45,475 bases of DNA from Promethearchaeota archaeon (GTDB lineage: Archaea > Asgardarchaeota > Lokiarchaeia > Sigyniarchaeales > SOKP01). The notes beneath the pieces are model-generated. The model saw nothing but the letters and a program-made list of their open reading frames with translations. It ran no database searches and was not told the origin of the DNA. The stretch's first letter is position 1. The number at the start of each line of letters is the position of its first letter. Below are positions 8,756-19,472 of this stretch, one piece after another. Position numbers and translations under genes: made by a program. The DNA is taken from positions 1-45,475 of the forward strand of contig JAGXNO010000030.1 of NCBI GenBank assembly GCA_019894975.1. Reading direction: 5' to 3'.

Positions 8756-10468
8756 TTAATATTTTCTTTCTTTTACTTCAAATATACCAAGCTTTACAGG
8801 TTTAGTTTTAATTTCTAAACCCTCTTTTCCTCTGTGGACCATTGTATGTACAAGGAAATCATCATCATTTCGGCTAGGATAATCTGTGCGAAAATGAGCA
8901 CCTCTACTTTCTTTTCTCCACAATGAAGCGAAAGCCGTGGCTTCTGCAATATCTAACATACTCCTAAGTTCTAGTGTCCGAATTAATCCATAGTTAAATC
9001 GTCTATCCTCAGTAAGGACCTGGGTGTCTAAAAATTCATGTTGTAACTTTTTAAGAGTTATGGTCGCTTTTTTAAGCTCATTCTCAGTTCTATAAACTCC
9101 CACGTTCCTATTCATAGTCTCTCCCATTTCCTCTCTAATCTCTACGGGTTTTTTACCACTATTTACATTCCAACTAGTAAACATTCTCTCAATTCTTTCA
9201 ATTGTTCCGCTTTCGGCAGTTTGAATTTCGCTTGATGATGGTTTTATAGGTAGTCCTTTTTCAATTAGTTTTTTTCCTATATATCTCCCAAATACAGCAG
9301 TTTCTAACAAGGAATTTCCTCCTAATCGATTTGCACCATGAACAGATAAACATGAACACTCACCAATAGTATAAAGTCCAGGTAAATCTGTCTGACCATA
9401 ATCTCCATTAAATTTCGTACCAATTCCTCCCATAGAATAATGTTGACCTGGCTGTACAGGAATCGGCTTTTCAATTGGATCAATTCCAGCAAAATAAATA
9501 CTAATTTCTCGAATACCTGGCAATCGTTCCTTAATTTTTTCAGCACCTAGATGAGTAAGATCCAAATGAACATACGCGTCTTCAAATCCCCTTCCTTCAA
9601 TTACTTCCGTTTCATTTGATCGTGCAACAATATCCCGTGGTGCGAGTTCCATAGCTTTAGGGGCTGTTTTTTCCATAAAACGTTCACCTTTCGTGTTAAA
9701 TAAATAACCCCCTTCACCTCGAGCACCCTCTGTTATTAGAATATTCGTTCCATATAAAGTGGTTGGGTGAAACTGAACGAATTCTACGTCTTGCATTGGA
9801 ATTCCTGCTCTAAAAGCAGCACCTACCCCGTCTCCCGTGTTTATCATAGCATTTGTAGAACGCTTGAAAATACGACCAAACCCCCCAGAAGCTAATATTA
9901 TATAGGGGGATCTAAATGATACAAGTTCTCCGTTAGATATATCTAGGGCTATTAACCCTGCAATTTTTCCTTCAACCATAAAAAGATCAATAACAAAATA
10001 TTCATCAAAGAAAGTTACACCCATACGTACTGATTGTTCATTAAGAGTATGGAGTAAAGCGTGACCCGTTCTATCACCTGCATAGCAAGTACGTGGAAAT
10101 CCAGCACCACCAAAAGGACGTTGGGCGATTAATCCCGATTCCAATCGCGAAAATGGAGCACCCATACTTTCAAACTCAACTACAATTTTAGGTGCTTCTT
10201 CACACATAAACAATACTACATCTTGATCCGCTAGATAATCAGAGCCTTTTACGGTATCAAATGCATGACTTTTGGGAGTATCACCCTTCCCTTCTTCTAA
10301 GTTACCTAAGGCAGCATTAATTCCCCCTTGAGCTGCTCCTGAGTGGCTACGAACTGGAAAAACTTTACTAATAATTGCAGTATTCCATTTAGTTGATAAT
10401 TCTAAGCCTGCTCTTAAACCACTAAGACCCGCTCCCACAACTAACACATCAAATTCTTCGATTCTCAT
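8756..10468 (-). CDS. sdhA: Succinate dehydrogenase/fumarate reductase flavoprotein subunit
   Basis: GAGLSG, covalent-FAD motif RSHSGAAQGG, QFHPT, EGARGEGG, ELAPRD, HYSMGG, HGANRLGGNSL, RKESRGAH. Confidence 0.96.
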   Translation of the reverse strand: MRIEEFDVLVVGAGLSGLRAGLELSTKWNTAIISKVFPVRSHSGAAQGGINAALGNLEEGKGDTPKSHAFDTVKGSDYLADQDVVLFMCEEAPKIVVEFESMGAPFSRLESGLIAQRPFGGAGFPRTCYAGDRTGHALLHTLNEQSVRMGVTFFDEYFVIDLFMVEGKIAGLIALDISNGELVSFRSPYIILASGGFGRIFKRSTNAMINTGDGVGAAFRAGIPMQDVEFVQFHPTTLYGTNILITEGARGEGGYLFNTKGERFMEKTAPKAMELAPRDIVARSNETEVIEGRGFEDAYVHLDLTHLGAEKIKERLPGIREISIYFAGIDPIEKPIPVQPGQHYSMGGIGTKFNGDYGQTDLPGLYTIGECSCLSVHGANRLGGNSLLETAVFGRYIGKKLIEKGLPIKPSSSEIQTAESGTIERIERMFTSWNVNSGKKPVEIREEMGETMNRNVGVYRTENELKKATITLKKLQHEFLDTQVLTEDRRFNYGLIRTLELRSMLDIAEATAFASLWRKESRGAHFRTDYPSRNDDDFLVHTMVHRGKEGLEIKTKPVKLGIFEVKERKY

Positions 10469-10552
10469 TAAATATCATATTTTATTGTATTGAATAAAAA
10501 TATTTTACTAATAAGATATAATAAATATCAGTACAAATGGGCTAAATACAGA

Positions 10553-11428
10553 TTATCGAAAAGTATCTAACAAATCACTTAATTTATTTTTATCTAAATC
10601 TCTTTGATATAAAGGTCTTTTATCATTATCATATATTCGAACATTTTCTTCATACGTTTTCTTGTCGAGGTTTAGATAAAGCACTCCTAAAGCAAATTTA
10701 TTTGTATCTAAGGCTAACTTCATTGCCAATTCTTGATCAAAAGGGTTGTGTGATTTCTCTATGTAATGGCTATTCTCTTTATACCACTGGAAAGTATTGA
10801 TTCTATTAAATGTCACACAAGGACAGAGTAAGTCTATGAAAGCGTAACCTTTGTGGTTAATCGCTTTTTTCAAAATTTCTTTAGTTTGATCAATATCACC
10901 AACAAAAGCTCTTGCTACAAATGAAGCATTTAATGCAATGGCGACAGCTACAGCATTAAACGGTTCGTTAATAACTCCAAAAACTTGAACTTTTGTTTTG
11001 AACCCTAATTGACTAGTAGGGGAAGCCTGACCTTTTGTTAACCCATAGACCATATTATTATGCGCTATATTCACTATATCTGGATTATAGCGAATTGTAT
11101 GAAGAAAATGATTTCCTCCTTCACTATATGTGCATCCATCACCACTTACGGCAATTACATGAAGCTCAGGGTTTGCTGCTTTTACTCCAAGAGCCGCAGA
11201 TAAATATCGACCATGAAGGCCATTATAACTTTGTGATTTCATGAAATGAGGGAATTTTCCTGCTTGTCCAATTCCTGAGACTAATACAAAATCTTTAGGT
11301 CTTATCCCTAATTCCATCAATGTTTCTTTCATGATTTTCATTGCACTGAAGTTACCACATCCGGGGCACCAATGCATTTCAATTCCTTCTAAATCAAATG
11401 GAGTGTCAGGCATCTCATATTCCCTCAA
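10553..11428 (-). CDS. 2-oxoacid:ferredoxin oxidoreductase beta subunit (TPP-binding)
   Basis: WCPGCGN, HGR, GDG..N TPP motif, YGLTKGQASPT, CPCVTFN; overlaps the alpha subunit by 14 nt. Confidence 0.93.
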   Translation of the reverse strand: MREYEMPDTPFDLEGIEMHWCPGCGNFSAMKIMKETLMELGIRPKDFVLVSGIGQAGKFPHFMKSQSYNGLHGRYLSAALGVKAANPELHVIAVSGDGCTYSEGGNHFLHTIRYNPDIVNIAHNNMVYGLTKGQASPTSQLGFKTKVQVFGVINEPFNAVAVAIALNASFVARAFVGDIDQTKEILKKAINHKGYAFIDLLCPCVTFNRINTFQWYKENSHYIEKSHNPFDQELAMKLALDTNKFALGVLYLNLDKKTYEENVRIYDNDKRPLYQRDLDKNKLSDLLDTFR

Positions 11429-13154
11429 TTATTTTCTTTAATTTTTCTACAATTTCCTCTACAGAAAACACATAACCACTATACTTCAAAATGCGATGGT
11501 TCATATTAATATGGGTTTCATTTTCTAGTAGTTTTGCGAACTGTCCTGTAGGATTTTGTTCGATTGAAATTTTAATTTCTGCTTTAATAAGATAATCCAG
11601 TACAGATTCATGAATAGGATATATTTGTTTGAAAAATAAAAATGCGATATCATCCCGATCTAATCTTTCTAAAGCTTCTTTGATTAAGTAAAAATTACTC
11701 CCCCAACTCACAATAAGATACTTGAAATCATTGCTACCATAAAACTCGGGAGGAATAGTTTCTTTCTTAATTAGTTCCAACTTCTTAAATCGTTTATCAA
11801 CAGTTTTTTTTCTTATAATTGGATCTTCTGTAATTTGCCCAAATTCATCATGTGTATGACTATCAGCATCAACTAAACCCTCTCCATAACCAGGGATACC
11901 ACGTGGAGAAACCCCTGATTCTGTAAACCGATATCTTTCATAATCTTCATCTGTTTTCACAATATTTTTTACAATTTCCAAGGATTTAAGATCTAATGAG
12001 TGAATATTATAATAGGAATCTACTAAATATTGATCAGTAAGAATAAAAACTGGAACATGAAATTTTTGAGTGAGATTGAACGCTTTTTGAGTTAATTTGA
12101 AAGCATCCTCAATAGTGCCCGGTGAAAATATTATTCTTGGAAACCAGCCAGCACCAGCATGCAACACAAGTTCAATATCTTCTTGACATGTTCTGGTGGG
12201 CATACCAGTCGCAGGACCAGGTCTCTGCCCTACAACCATTACAATTGGTAATTCAGTCATACCAGCAAGGCTTACACCCTCTGTCATGAGAGAAAATCCT
12301 CCTCCTGAAGTAGATACAAATGAACGTGCCCCCGCATAGGAAGCTCCTAGAGTTTTATTAATTGCACTAATCTCATCTTCAGTTTGATCGACAATCATGT
12401 CGAATTCAAGAGCGTGTTGAGCTAAAAAAGTGCCAATGCCCGTAGAAGGGGCCATTGGATAAAAACAAACAAAATTACATCCTCCTGCGATGGCACCTAA
12501 AGCAATAGCTTGAGTCCCGTCAATAATATAATCATTCATTATGTCTTGAATTTTTTCAATATCAAATTTCTTAACAAAACGCCCAGACTGGATTAACTCC
12601 TCAATTATTTCATAACCTTTATTTGCGGCTTTAATATTATTATTAATAATTTCTTGTCCTTTAGTGCTGAAATTCTCTTTAAGCAAATCATGAAGAATAG
12701 ATCTTTCAGCCTGCAACATACATAAAATTACACCTAAGGCAATAATATTAGTATATATTGTTCCACCTACTTTATTGGATATTTCAGTAAAAGGAATTTC
12801 AAGTATTTCACTTTCTTTTTTAGAGATTATTTCAATATATTTTTTCTCCCCAACTATTAAAGTATTTGAAGATATTCTGTCTTTTAAGTGAAATATAGCC
12901 TTCTTATTTAATGGGATCAATATATCTATTTTATCAACAAATGCCCTAACCTGTTTTGAAGAAACTCTAATTGTTGTAGAATTAATCCCTCCTCTGACCC
13001 TTGACATATATTCTCTTGTTGCAAATACATAATATCCTGATTTTTTTAATGTTTTTGTTAATAAAACCTCAACAGTTTGTATACCTTGCCCCGCTGCGCC
13101 ACATAAAACAATGGAAATATCCTCAAAATTATTTCTATTAATCATATTAATCAC
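11415..13154 (-). CDS. 2-oxoacid:ferredoxin oxidoreductase alpha subunit (fused gamma-alpha)
   Basis: GAAGQG, SRVRGG, YPMAP, EDEI, TSGGGFSLMTE, QRPGPATGMPT; true start may be the ATG three codons downstream. Confidence 0.93.
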   Translation of the reverse strand: MINMINRNNFEDISIVLCGAAGQGIQTVEVLLTKTLKKSGYYVFATREYMSRVRGGINSTTIRVSSKQVRAFVDKIDILIPLNKKAIFHLKDRISSNTLIVGEKKYIEIISKKESEILEIPFTEISNKVGGTIYTNIIALGVILCMLQAERSILHDLLKENFSTKGQEIINNNIKAANKGYEIIEELIQSGRFVKKFDIEKIQDIMNDYIIDGTQAIALGAIAGGCNFVCFYPMAPSTGIGTFLAQHALEFDMIVDQTEDEISAINKTLGASYAGARSFVSTSGGGFSLMTEGVSLAGMTELPIVMVVGQRPGPATGMPTRTCQEDIELVLHAGAGWFPRIIFSPGTIEDAFKLTQKAFNLTQKFHVPVFILTDQYLVDSYYNIHSLDLKSLEIVKNIVKTDEDYERYRFTESGVSPRGIPGYGEGLVDADSHTHDEFGQITEDPIIRKKTVDKRFKKLELIKKETIPPEFYGSNDFKYLIVSWGSNFYLIKEALERLDRDDIAFLFFKQIYPIHESVLDYLIKAEIKISIEQNPTGQFAKLLENETHINMNHRILKYSGYVFSVEEIVEKLKKIIEGI

Positions 13155-13391
13155 TTTCTTGTTAAATTATGATAAAACTAAAATAATAAATTAAAAGATT
13201 TTGATTTGAATAAAGGTTATATTAGTTTGGGAAGTTTAGGATTAAAAAGGCTTTTTTTATAGATTATTAATCCTGTGTAATCTTTAGTAAGTTCATTTTC
13301 TCTTTACAAAGAAGTAATTTATTTAAGGAATCTAAAGGTATAAAATATTATCCAATGAATTTCAAATAAAAAAATCAAGTATGATATTAAA

Positions 13392-14777
13392 ATGTCACTC
13401 ACAAATAGAAATGGGGATGATTTAGAGACATACTATCTAGGTAATCCTCCAAGACAATCTCCCTGTGATAATAGTACCAGGACCAAATGGTGGAAGTTAA
13501 GTCCTTATAACTGTCGAGAAACAATTAATTACTTTCTTAAAATGTTGGTTTTACCCGGATTAGTTGCGGGAATTATAGTTCTTCTGATGATATTAACAAC
13601 AGGAGACATTGAAAATTTTACACTTTGGGTAATAATAACAGTACTAACATATACCGGAAGCATATTTATTTCTCTGTATTCAAGGGAACGATATTTCACA
13701 TGGTTTCATAGGATTCAAGATGAGAGTTCTTTAGTAATTCCTAATCCATTAAATGAGATTAATGAAACAAAATATAGAATCGGTTTTGTTGGAGATATTA
13801 TGATGATGAGAGGTTACCAATTGAGATTTAGTAATGAAGTAATAAAATTCTTCGGTGATGTAAATGAAGGAGTCAAACTAATTGTTGGCAATCTTGAAGG
13901 TATAATTAGAAATGAAGATCCCTCTTTAACAAAGCAAGCACATCCATCTACGATACTCAGACAATTGTCACATCTGTTAAGAGATAATAGTTTGTTATTA
14001 TGTTTAAGTAATAATCACAGTATAGATTATGGTAATCAAGAATTTCATAAATCCTTACTGATCATTCAACAAACCCCCAAAATTGATGTTTTTGGGCGAA
14101 ATGACGTACCCAATGTTTTTGTAGACAACCAAAAGATCAATATATCTTCAGCCTCAGAATGGAGTAATCAAAAAAATTGGAAATGTATTTCAAAGTATGG
14201 AACTAACCAACTAAGTTCATATTATGCTCAAGATAGATTTAATATCCTCACCCCTCATTGGAACTATGAAAATGAAAGATATGTAAGAAAGAGACTGCAA
14301 AAGCGATCAAAAAAGTTAGTAATAGATAATGGAAATAAAAATTGGGATTTGATATTTGGTCATCATACTCATGTTCGGCAACCTATAATTAAAGTTAGAG
14401 AAAATTTCTTAGATGCTAATGGAAATCCAATCCTTGATGCAAATAATAATCCTAAAGGACTTTGGAAATTAGTAGCCTTTTCTGGAGGTAATCTTACTTC
14501 AGGAGTCACGTTTATTCGTAGGAAAAAGCACATCCATGGTCGAATAATGAGATGTGATATTGGTCCTTTAACTCAGGATCCAACTAGATTAGCTATTGGG
14601 AGAGTTGAAATTCAGAATACCTTTAATGAAAATGGCAGAGATGCAGATAATGGCGCTAAAATTAAAACAATAAGATTTGGGGAGGGAGAACAAGGTATTT
14701 CAAGGTTTTGGATGTTAATAATTGGTATCGCTATTATAAGCATAGTAATTATCCTTAGAGTCTTAGGTATTTTCTAA
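13392..14777 (+). CDS. CapA/PGA_cap-family calcineurin-like metallophosphoesterase, membrane-anchored
   Basis: VGDIMM, GNLEG, SNNHSIDYG, HWNYE, GHHTHV, FSGGNL; two N-terminal and one C-terminal hydrophobic helices. Confidence 0.82.
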   Translation: MSLTNRNGDDLETYYLGNPPRQSPCDNSTRTKWWKLSPYNCRETINYFLKMLVLPGLVAGIIVLLMILTTGDIENFTLWVIITVLTYTGSIFISLYSRERYFTWFHRIQDESSLVIPNPLNEINETKYRIGFVGDIMMMRGYQLRFSNEVIKFFGDVNEGVKLIVGNLEGIIRNEDPSLTKQAHPSTILRQLSHLLRDNSLLLCLSNNHSIDYGNQEFHKSLLIIQQTPKIDVFGRNDVPNVFVDNQKINISSASEWSNQKNWKCISKYGTNQLSSYYAQDRFNILTPHWNYENERYVRKRLQKRSKKLVIDNGNKNWDLIFGHHTHVRQPIIKVRENFLDANGNPILDANNNPKGLWKLVAFSGGNLTSGVTFIRRKKHIHGRIMRCDIGPLTQDPTRLAIGRVEIQNTFNENGRDADNGAKIKTIRFGEGEQGISRFWMLIIGIAIISIVIILRVLGIF

Positions 14778-14956
14778 TAACCTCACTGAAAAAGGAATTG
14801 ATTAGGAATATTAAATTCTTCCACTATCTAATTCAATTCTAAACTCTGCCTATTCTCATATGAAGATTACTTCTTTAGATCATCAACCAACTTTTTATAA
14901 ATACTCCTTAATTTTCATAAAAATAGTAAATATTATTTATTATCGAGTTAAAATTT

Positions 14957-15778
14957 ATGTCAGTAACAGGTATTGATAAAGAAAAGTGTTCAAATTGTGG
15001 AGAATGCATCCTCGAGTGTGGACGTGGTTATTTCTCTGTTAAGGAAGATAAAGAAGTAGTTTTCAATGAAAACCTAAAAACTTGTAATATTTGTGGTCAT
15101 TGTATAGCTATATGTCCGGAGGATGCTATTATCACAAAAGATCTAGATGACGTTGAGACGTTTCCAGGTATAGACTCCCCATCAGATATAGTTGATTATG
15201 ACAAATTCTTTAAACTTATTCGAGCTCATCGTTCAATACGACGTTATAAAAACAAAAAAGTTCCAAAGGAATTAATTGAAAAGGTATTTGAAGCAATGAG
15301 ATACGCACCAAGTGCTTCTAATGCACGAATGTGGAGATATGCAATTCTATCTGATTCTGAAAAAATTGAAGCATTGAGTGATGAGATAGTGAAAGCTCAA
15401 TACCGATACATGGGTTTTCCATCCGCAGAAGCAGCTCTTAAATATTTTAAATCTACCGGGAGAGGTGTCTTTTATAATGCTCCTCACTTGATAGTGTTAT
15501 ATTATAGAATAGTTGAAAAAAGCACAGTTATGCTTGGATTACGAGCTAATGATGCAGGAATTGCATTAACGTATGGAATGCTAGCTGCTGAAAGCCTTGG
15601 TCTTGGAACATGTTGGATTGGAATGATTCAAGGAGCTGTTCCTATGAACAAAGAAATTCTGAATATTATTGGTATAAGAGGAATGGTACTAGGAGCTTTC
15701 ACCATGGGCTATCCCGCGATTAAATTCCGTAGGACTGCTCCACGACCACCACTTAGAATAAAAGGGCTAGAAGACTAA
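14957..15778 (+). CDS. Nitroreductase family protein with N-terminal 2x[4Fe-4S] ferredoxin domain
   Basis: CSNCGECILEC and CNICGHCIAICP; RSIRRY, APSASN, SLGLGTCWIG, GYP. Confidence 0.93.
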   Translation: MSVTGIDKEKCSNCGECILECGRGYFSVKEDKEVVFNENLKTCNICGHCIAICPEDAIITKDLDDVETFPGIDSPSDIVDYDKFFKLIRAHRSIRRYKNKKVPKELIEKVFEAMRYAPSASNARMWRYAILSDSEKIEALSDEIVKAQYRYMGFPSAEAALKYFKSTGRGVFYNAPHLIVLYYRIVEKSTVMLGLRANDAGIALTYGMLAAESLGLGTCWIGMIQGAVPMNKEILNIIGIRGMVLGAFTMGYPAIKFRRTAPRPPLRIKGLED

Positions 15779-15785
15779 CAGTTAT

Positions 15786-17204
15786 TCATAAACCCATTTC
15801 ATGCAATTTTTGCATGATATCTTGTTTTTTCTTTCCCTTCAGATCATACCATTTAAAAAAGATAATAGCACCTAAAATGCAAAACAAAAAAGGGAAAAGT
15901 CCTTGGATTAGACGAAGACCAAATAACGCTTCCTTACTCGGAGTTTTAGGATTATAGGCAGTAATTATATGTATAATCGCTATAATTAAACTTTGAACTG
16001 TTATAGAAATTTTAAGAAAGAAATTCCTGACTCCTAATAATGTTGCTTGCTGATGCTTTTTTGTTTTTACCGCAATTTCATCATAACAATCAGCAAAAAT
16101 TGGTGACAACATAATGAGAAACATTGCAATTGCGGCACCTCTAAAAATTGCTGTTAAAAAGAATTGGAATACATTTACAATAAATAAGTTAACTAACACA
16201 ACTAATCCAAATACAATTAATCCAAGCGAAAACATAGTTGAATTTTCAATTTTTTTAGTCACTAAATACCATATTGGCATAGTAATTAGGGAGGAAATAA
16301 ACATTAGGAATGATTCAGGAATTCTAATTGTCCATTTTGCTTGTAAAACATCGTCAACGAAATTTAATGAATTCATGCTCACTAAACCCATTGCAATCAT
16401 AAATAATATATACGTAAACAATGCTAACATGAAGTTCTTCTGCTTTATGGCAATTTTCATTGTTTTTAAAAAGGGAACTTTCTCAGCATTCTCATAACCT
16501 ATAATGAATCTTTCTTTTATTTCATCGGATTCTCTTGATCCTGGGAAAAAAATAAGTAATGAAATGCTTAAAATTATGATACTTATTAATGCGGCGACAG
16601 TAAAAGATGTAGGATTTTCAGTCTTAATAATTTGGGACCAGATTGCGATTGCTAAAAAATTCGCAAGAAATGTGAAGATTTGAGTTGAAAATCCCGCTTT
16701 TACACGTTCTCTATTGCTTCTAAATTGAGCTCCAAAACCTCCAAAAGAATGAGTTTGAAGAAGTGAATATGATGTGTCAAATAGAAAAACTATCAATATA
16801 TAATAAATAAAAATAGGCATAACACTCTCCACACCTGTTACTTGTGGTGGAGTGAAAAGTAGGAAAAAAAATATTAATGTTGGAATCCCTCCTATAATAA
16901 TCCAAGGTCTGTGAAACCCACTTTTCTTAGTCCACCTAAGCGGTTTATCTGTAAGATATCCTAAAAGAGGATTAGTAATCATACTCCATATTGTATAAAT
17001 CACATTAGCAATCGCCATGTATAACGGCCAAAATGATACGATACTTATTAAACCAAGTTCTCCCTCATAAAAAGTCCAAACATAGGAATTAAAAGCAACC
17101 ATAATGTATATATTGAGAAAATATCCAAATGAGAATGTTATCATCTTTGATAGAGAAGCTTCTTTTGGTTTATCTGATCTTTGGCTATTTGATGAAGGAT
17201 TCAT
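15786..17204 (-). CDS. MFS transporter, glycoside-pentoside-hexuronide (MelB/GPH-like) family
   Basis: About 12 hydrophobic helices; NPLLGYLTD...RPW, ADCYDE, C-terminal YDL. Confidence 0.88.
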   Translation of the reverse strand: MNPSSNSQRSDKPKEASLSKMITFSFGYFLNIYIMVAFNSYVWTFYEGELGLISIVSFWPLYMAIANVIYTIWSMITNPLLGYLTDKPLRWTKKSGFHRPWIIIGGIPTLIFFFLLFTPPQVTGVESVMPIFIYYILIVFLFDTSYSLLQTHSFGGFGAQFRSNRERVKAGFSTQIFTFLANFLAIAIWSQIIKTENPTSFTVAALISIIILSISLLIFFPGSRESDEIKERFIIGYENAEKVPFLKTMKIAIKQKNFMLALFTYILFMIAMGLVSMNSLNFVDDVLQAKWTIRIPESFLMFISSLITMPIWYLVTKKIENSTMFSLGLIVFGLVVLVNLFIVNVFQFFLTAIFRGAAIAMFLIMLSPIFADCYDEIAVKTKKHQQATLLGVRNFFLKISITVQSLIIAIIHIITAYNPKTPSKEALFGLRLIQGLFPFLFCILGAIIFFKWYDLKGKKKQDIMQKLHEMGL

Positions 17205-17427
17205 TATAAATTCTTAAAAATTTTAGATATGTGATAATTAATTCGATTTAGTTATATATTAAATTAATTCAACGCACAATAATTAAAAGATTTAAATAAA
17301 ACCAAGTGTAAACATTATTTTATAGATTATTAGATGAAATTTTATTAATTAATATAAGAATTCCATATTAGTTTGAACCTTAAGTAAACCCATTAAGCTA
17401 AATAATAAGGAGGGATTAATTATTCGA

Positions 17428-18546
17428 TTGCTTGAGTATGAGAGTAAAAGAATTTTTAATAGATTTGATATTCCGTTAGCAAAAAATATCATTATTGAAG
17501 ACCGTGAAAATGTCGAAGAAAAAGTAAATCAATTTAAATTCCCTGCAATTATTAAGTCCCAGATCGCAATTGGAAGCAGAAAGAAAGCCGGACTGATAAA
17601 GATCGCTAAGTCCAAGGAAGAAGCTATATCCCTTTGTAAAGAATTTTTTAGTAGAGTGGTTGCGGGATTTAAAGTAGAAGCTATACTTATTGAAGAATTA
17701 GCTCAAATAGAACATGAATATTATTGCTCAATTGCTTTAGACGCATCAGGACGACAATTCTTCATCATAGCTAGTAAAGAAGGAGGTATTGACATTGAAC
17801 AAGTATCTAAAAATAATCCTGAAGCAATAATAAAAGAAAGTTTTACTTACAACGAAGGATTAAGTGAAAATCTTGCTATTAAAATCTCCAAACAGCTAGA
17901 CTTCCCAAGTGAGTTCTTAGATTCAGCTAAAGATTTATTTCTTAAATTGTGGAACATTACAAAGGATCTTGAAGCCCAACTTGTAGAAATTAATCCCTTA
18001 GTTCTTACACCATCCGGATTAGTCGCTGTTGATGGCAAAATGATATTAGATGATGACACTGCTTTTCGACAGCCAATTGTCCAAGAGTTACAAGCTAAAA
18101 AACTCTCAGAATTAGAAAAATCAGCAAAAGAAGCAGGATTTTCATTCGTAGAATTAGAAGGTGAAATTGGTATTTTAGCAAATGGTGCTGGTCTAACGAT
18201 GGCGCTATTAGATGTATTGTCAGAATTAAAATTAAAACCCGCAAACTTTTTAGATGTAGGTGGAGGAGCAAGTAAGGAGCGAGTATATAAGGCATTAGAA
18301 TTATTATTTAAAATGAATCCAAAAGCTGTATTAGTTAATATTTTTGGTGGGATTACTCGTTGTGATGTTGTTGCAGAAGCTATAATTCAATCATTGAAGG
18401 ACTTTACGGATACACCTCCTTTAGTAATAAGATTGACTGGTACTAACGATGAATTGGGGATCAAACTTCTTAACGATGAGGGACTAACAGCTTTTCAAAA
18501 TGTTATAGATGCCATACAAAAAGTTAAGGAGGTTGTAGAGGGATAA
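17428..18546 (+). CDS. sucC: Succinyl-CoA synthetase (ADP-forming) beta subunit
   Basis: LEYESK, GGIDIE, EINPL, NGAGLTMA, PANFLDVGGG, NIFGGITRCD, RLTGTN. Confidence 0.93.
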   Translation: MLEYESKRIFNRFDIPLAKNIIIEDRENVEEKVNQFKFPAIIKSQIAIGSRKKAGLIKIAKSKEEAISLCKEFFSRVVAGFKVEAILIEELAQIEHEYYCSIALDASGRQFFIIASKEGGIDIEQVSKNNPEAIIKESFTYNEGLSENLAIKISKQLDFPSEFLDSAKDLFLKLWNITKDLEAQLVEINPLVLTPSGLVAVDGKMILDDDTAFRQPIVQELQAKKLSELEKSAKEAGFSFVELEGEIGILANGAGLTMALLDVLSELKLKPANFLDVGGGASKERVYKALELLFKMNPKAVLVNIFGGITRCDVVAEAIIQSLKDFTDTPPLVIRLTGTNDELGIKLLNDEGLTAFQNVIDAIQKVKEVVEG

Positions 18547-18547
18547 T

Positions 18548-19408
18548 ATGTATATAAATAAAAATTCCAAAGTGGTTGTTCAAGGAATTACTGGAAGTCA
18601 AGGGAACTTCCATACTCAATTAATGTTAGACTATGGAACTAATATAGTAGCAGGAGTTACTCCCAAGAAAGAAGGTCAAAAAGTTCATGGGATTCCTGTG
18701 TTTAATACTGTGGAAAGAGCAGTAAAAGAGTCTGGTTGTGATACTAGTATTATATTTGTTCCAGCACGATTCACTTTTAATGCTGTTAAAGAAAGTTTAC
18801 TTGCCGGGATTAAGCTAACCTGTATTATAACTGAAAATGTACCTGTTTTTGATATGATTCAATTAGTTGAATTGTCACGTGAGCGAAATCTGCATATTCT
18901 TGGACCAAATGGACCAGGTATGATGATACCTGATAAAATAAAATTAGGAATAATGCCTGGAGATATGTGCCACTATGGAGATGTAGCAATTATTGCTAAA
19001 AGTGGAACATTGTCATATGAAATTACAAAAGCAATTGGAAATGCGGGGATTGGAGTTTCTGCATATATTGGAATAGGGGGAGACCCTGTGAGAGGAACAA
19101 CTATGGTTGAAGCTGTAGAATATTACTCCGAGGACCCTAACACCAAACTTCTTGTTTTAATAGGTGAAATTGGCAGTGATGAAGAAGAAAAAACTGCGGA
19201 ATTTATTAAAGATAATGTATCAAAACCTATAATTTCCTATATCGCCGGGAAAAGTGCTCCTGAAGGTAAACGAATGGGTCATGCAGGAGCAATTATCTCA
19301 GGTGATTTTGGCACAGCACAGGGGAAGATTAAAGCCTTAATGGCAGCTGGTTCCCAAATAGCCGAAACTCCTTGGGATATACCGAAGTTAATCGAAAAAA
19401 TACTATAA
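18548..19408 (+). CDS. sucD: Succinyl-CoA synthetase alpha subunit
   Basis: QGITG, GPNGPG, KSGTLSYE, GIGGDP, GEIG, phospho-His motif MGHAGA; 1-nt gap after sucC. Confidence 0.95.
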   Translation: MYINKNSKVVVQGITGSQGNFHTQLMLDYGTNIVAGVTPKKEGQKVHGIPVFNTVERAVKESGCDTSIIFVPARFTFNAVKESLLAGIKLTCIITENVPVFDMIQLVELSRERNLHILGPNGPGMMIPDKIKLGIMPGDMCHYGDVAIIAKSGTLSYEITKAIGNAGIGVSAYIGIGGDPVRGTTMVEAVEYYSEDPNTKLLVLIGEIGSDEEEKTAEFIKDNVSKPIISYIAGKSAPEGKRMGHAGAIISGDFGTAQGKIKALMAAGSQIAETPWDIPKLIEKIL

Positions 19409-19472
19409 GTATATTTCCCTTTAAAACTTATAAATAAACTTCAAATCATTAATAGAACAATGCTATTAAGAA

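Noticed and set aside
14790-14840. Imperfect inverted repeat (GAATTGATTAG...CTAATTCAATTC) after the CapA gene
   Set aside because: Long loop, a bulge and no T-tract; not distinguishable from chance in AT-rich DNA
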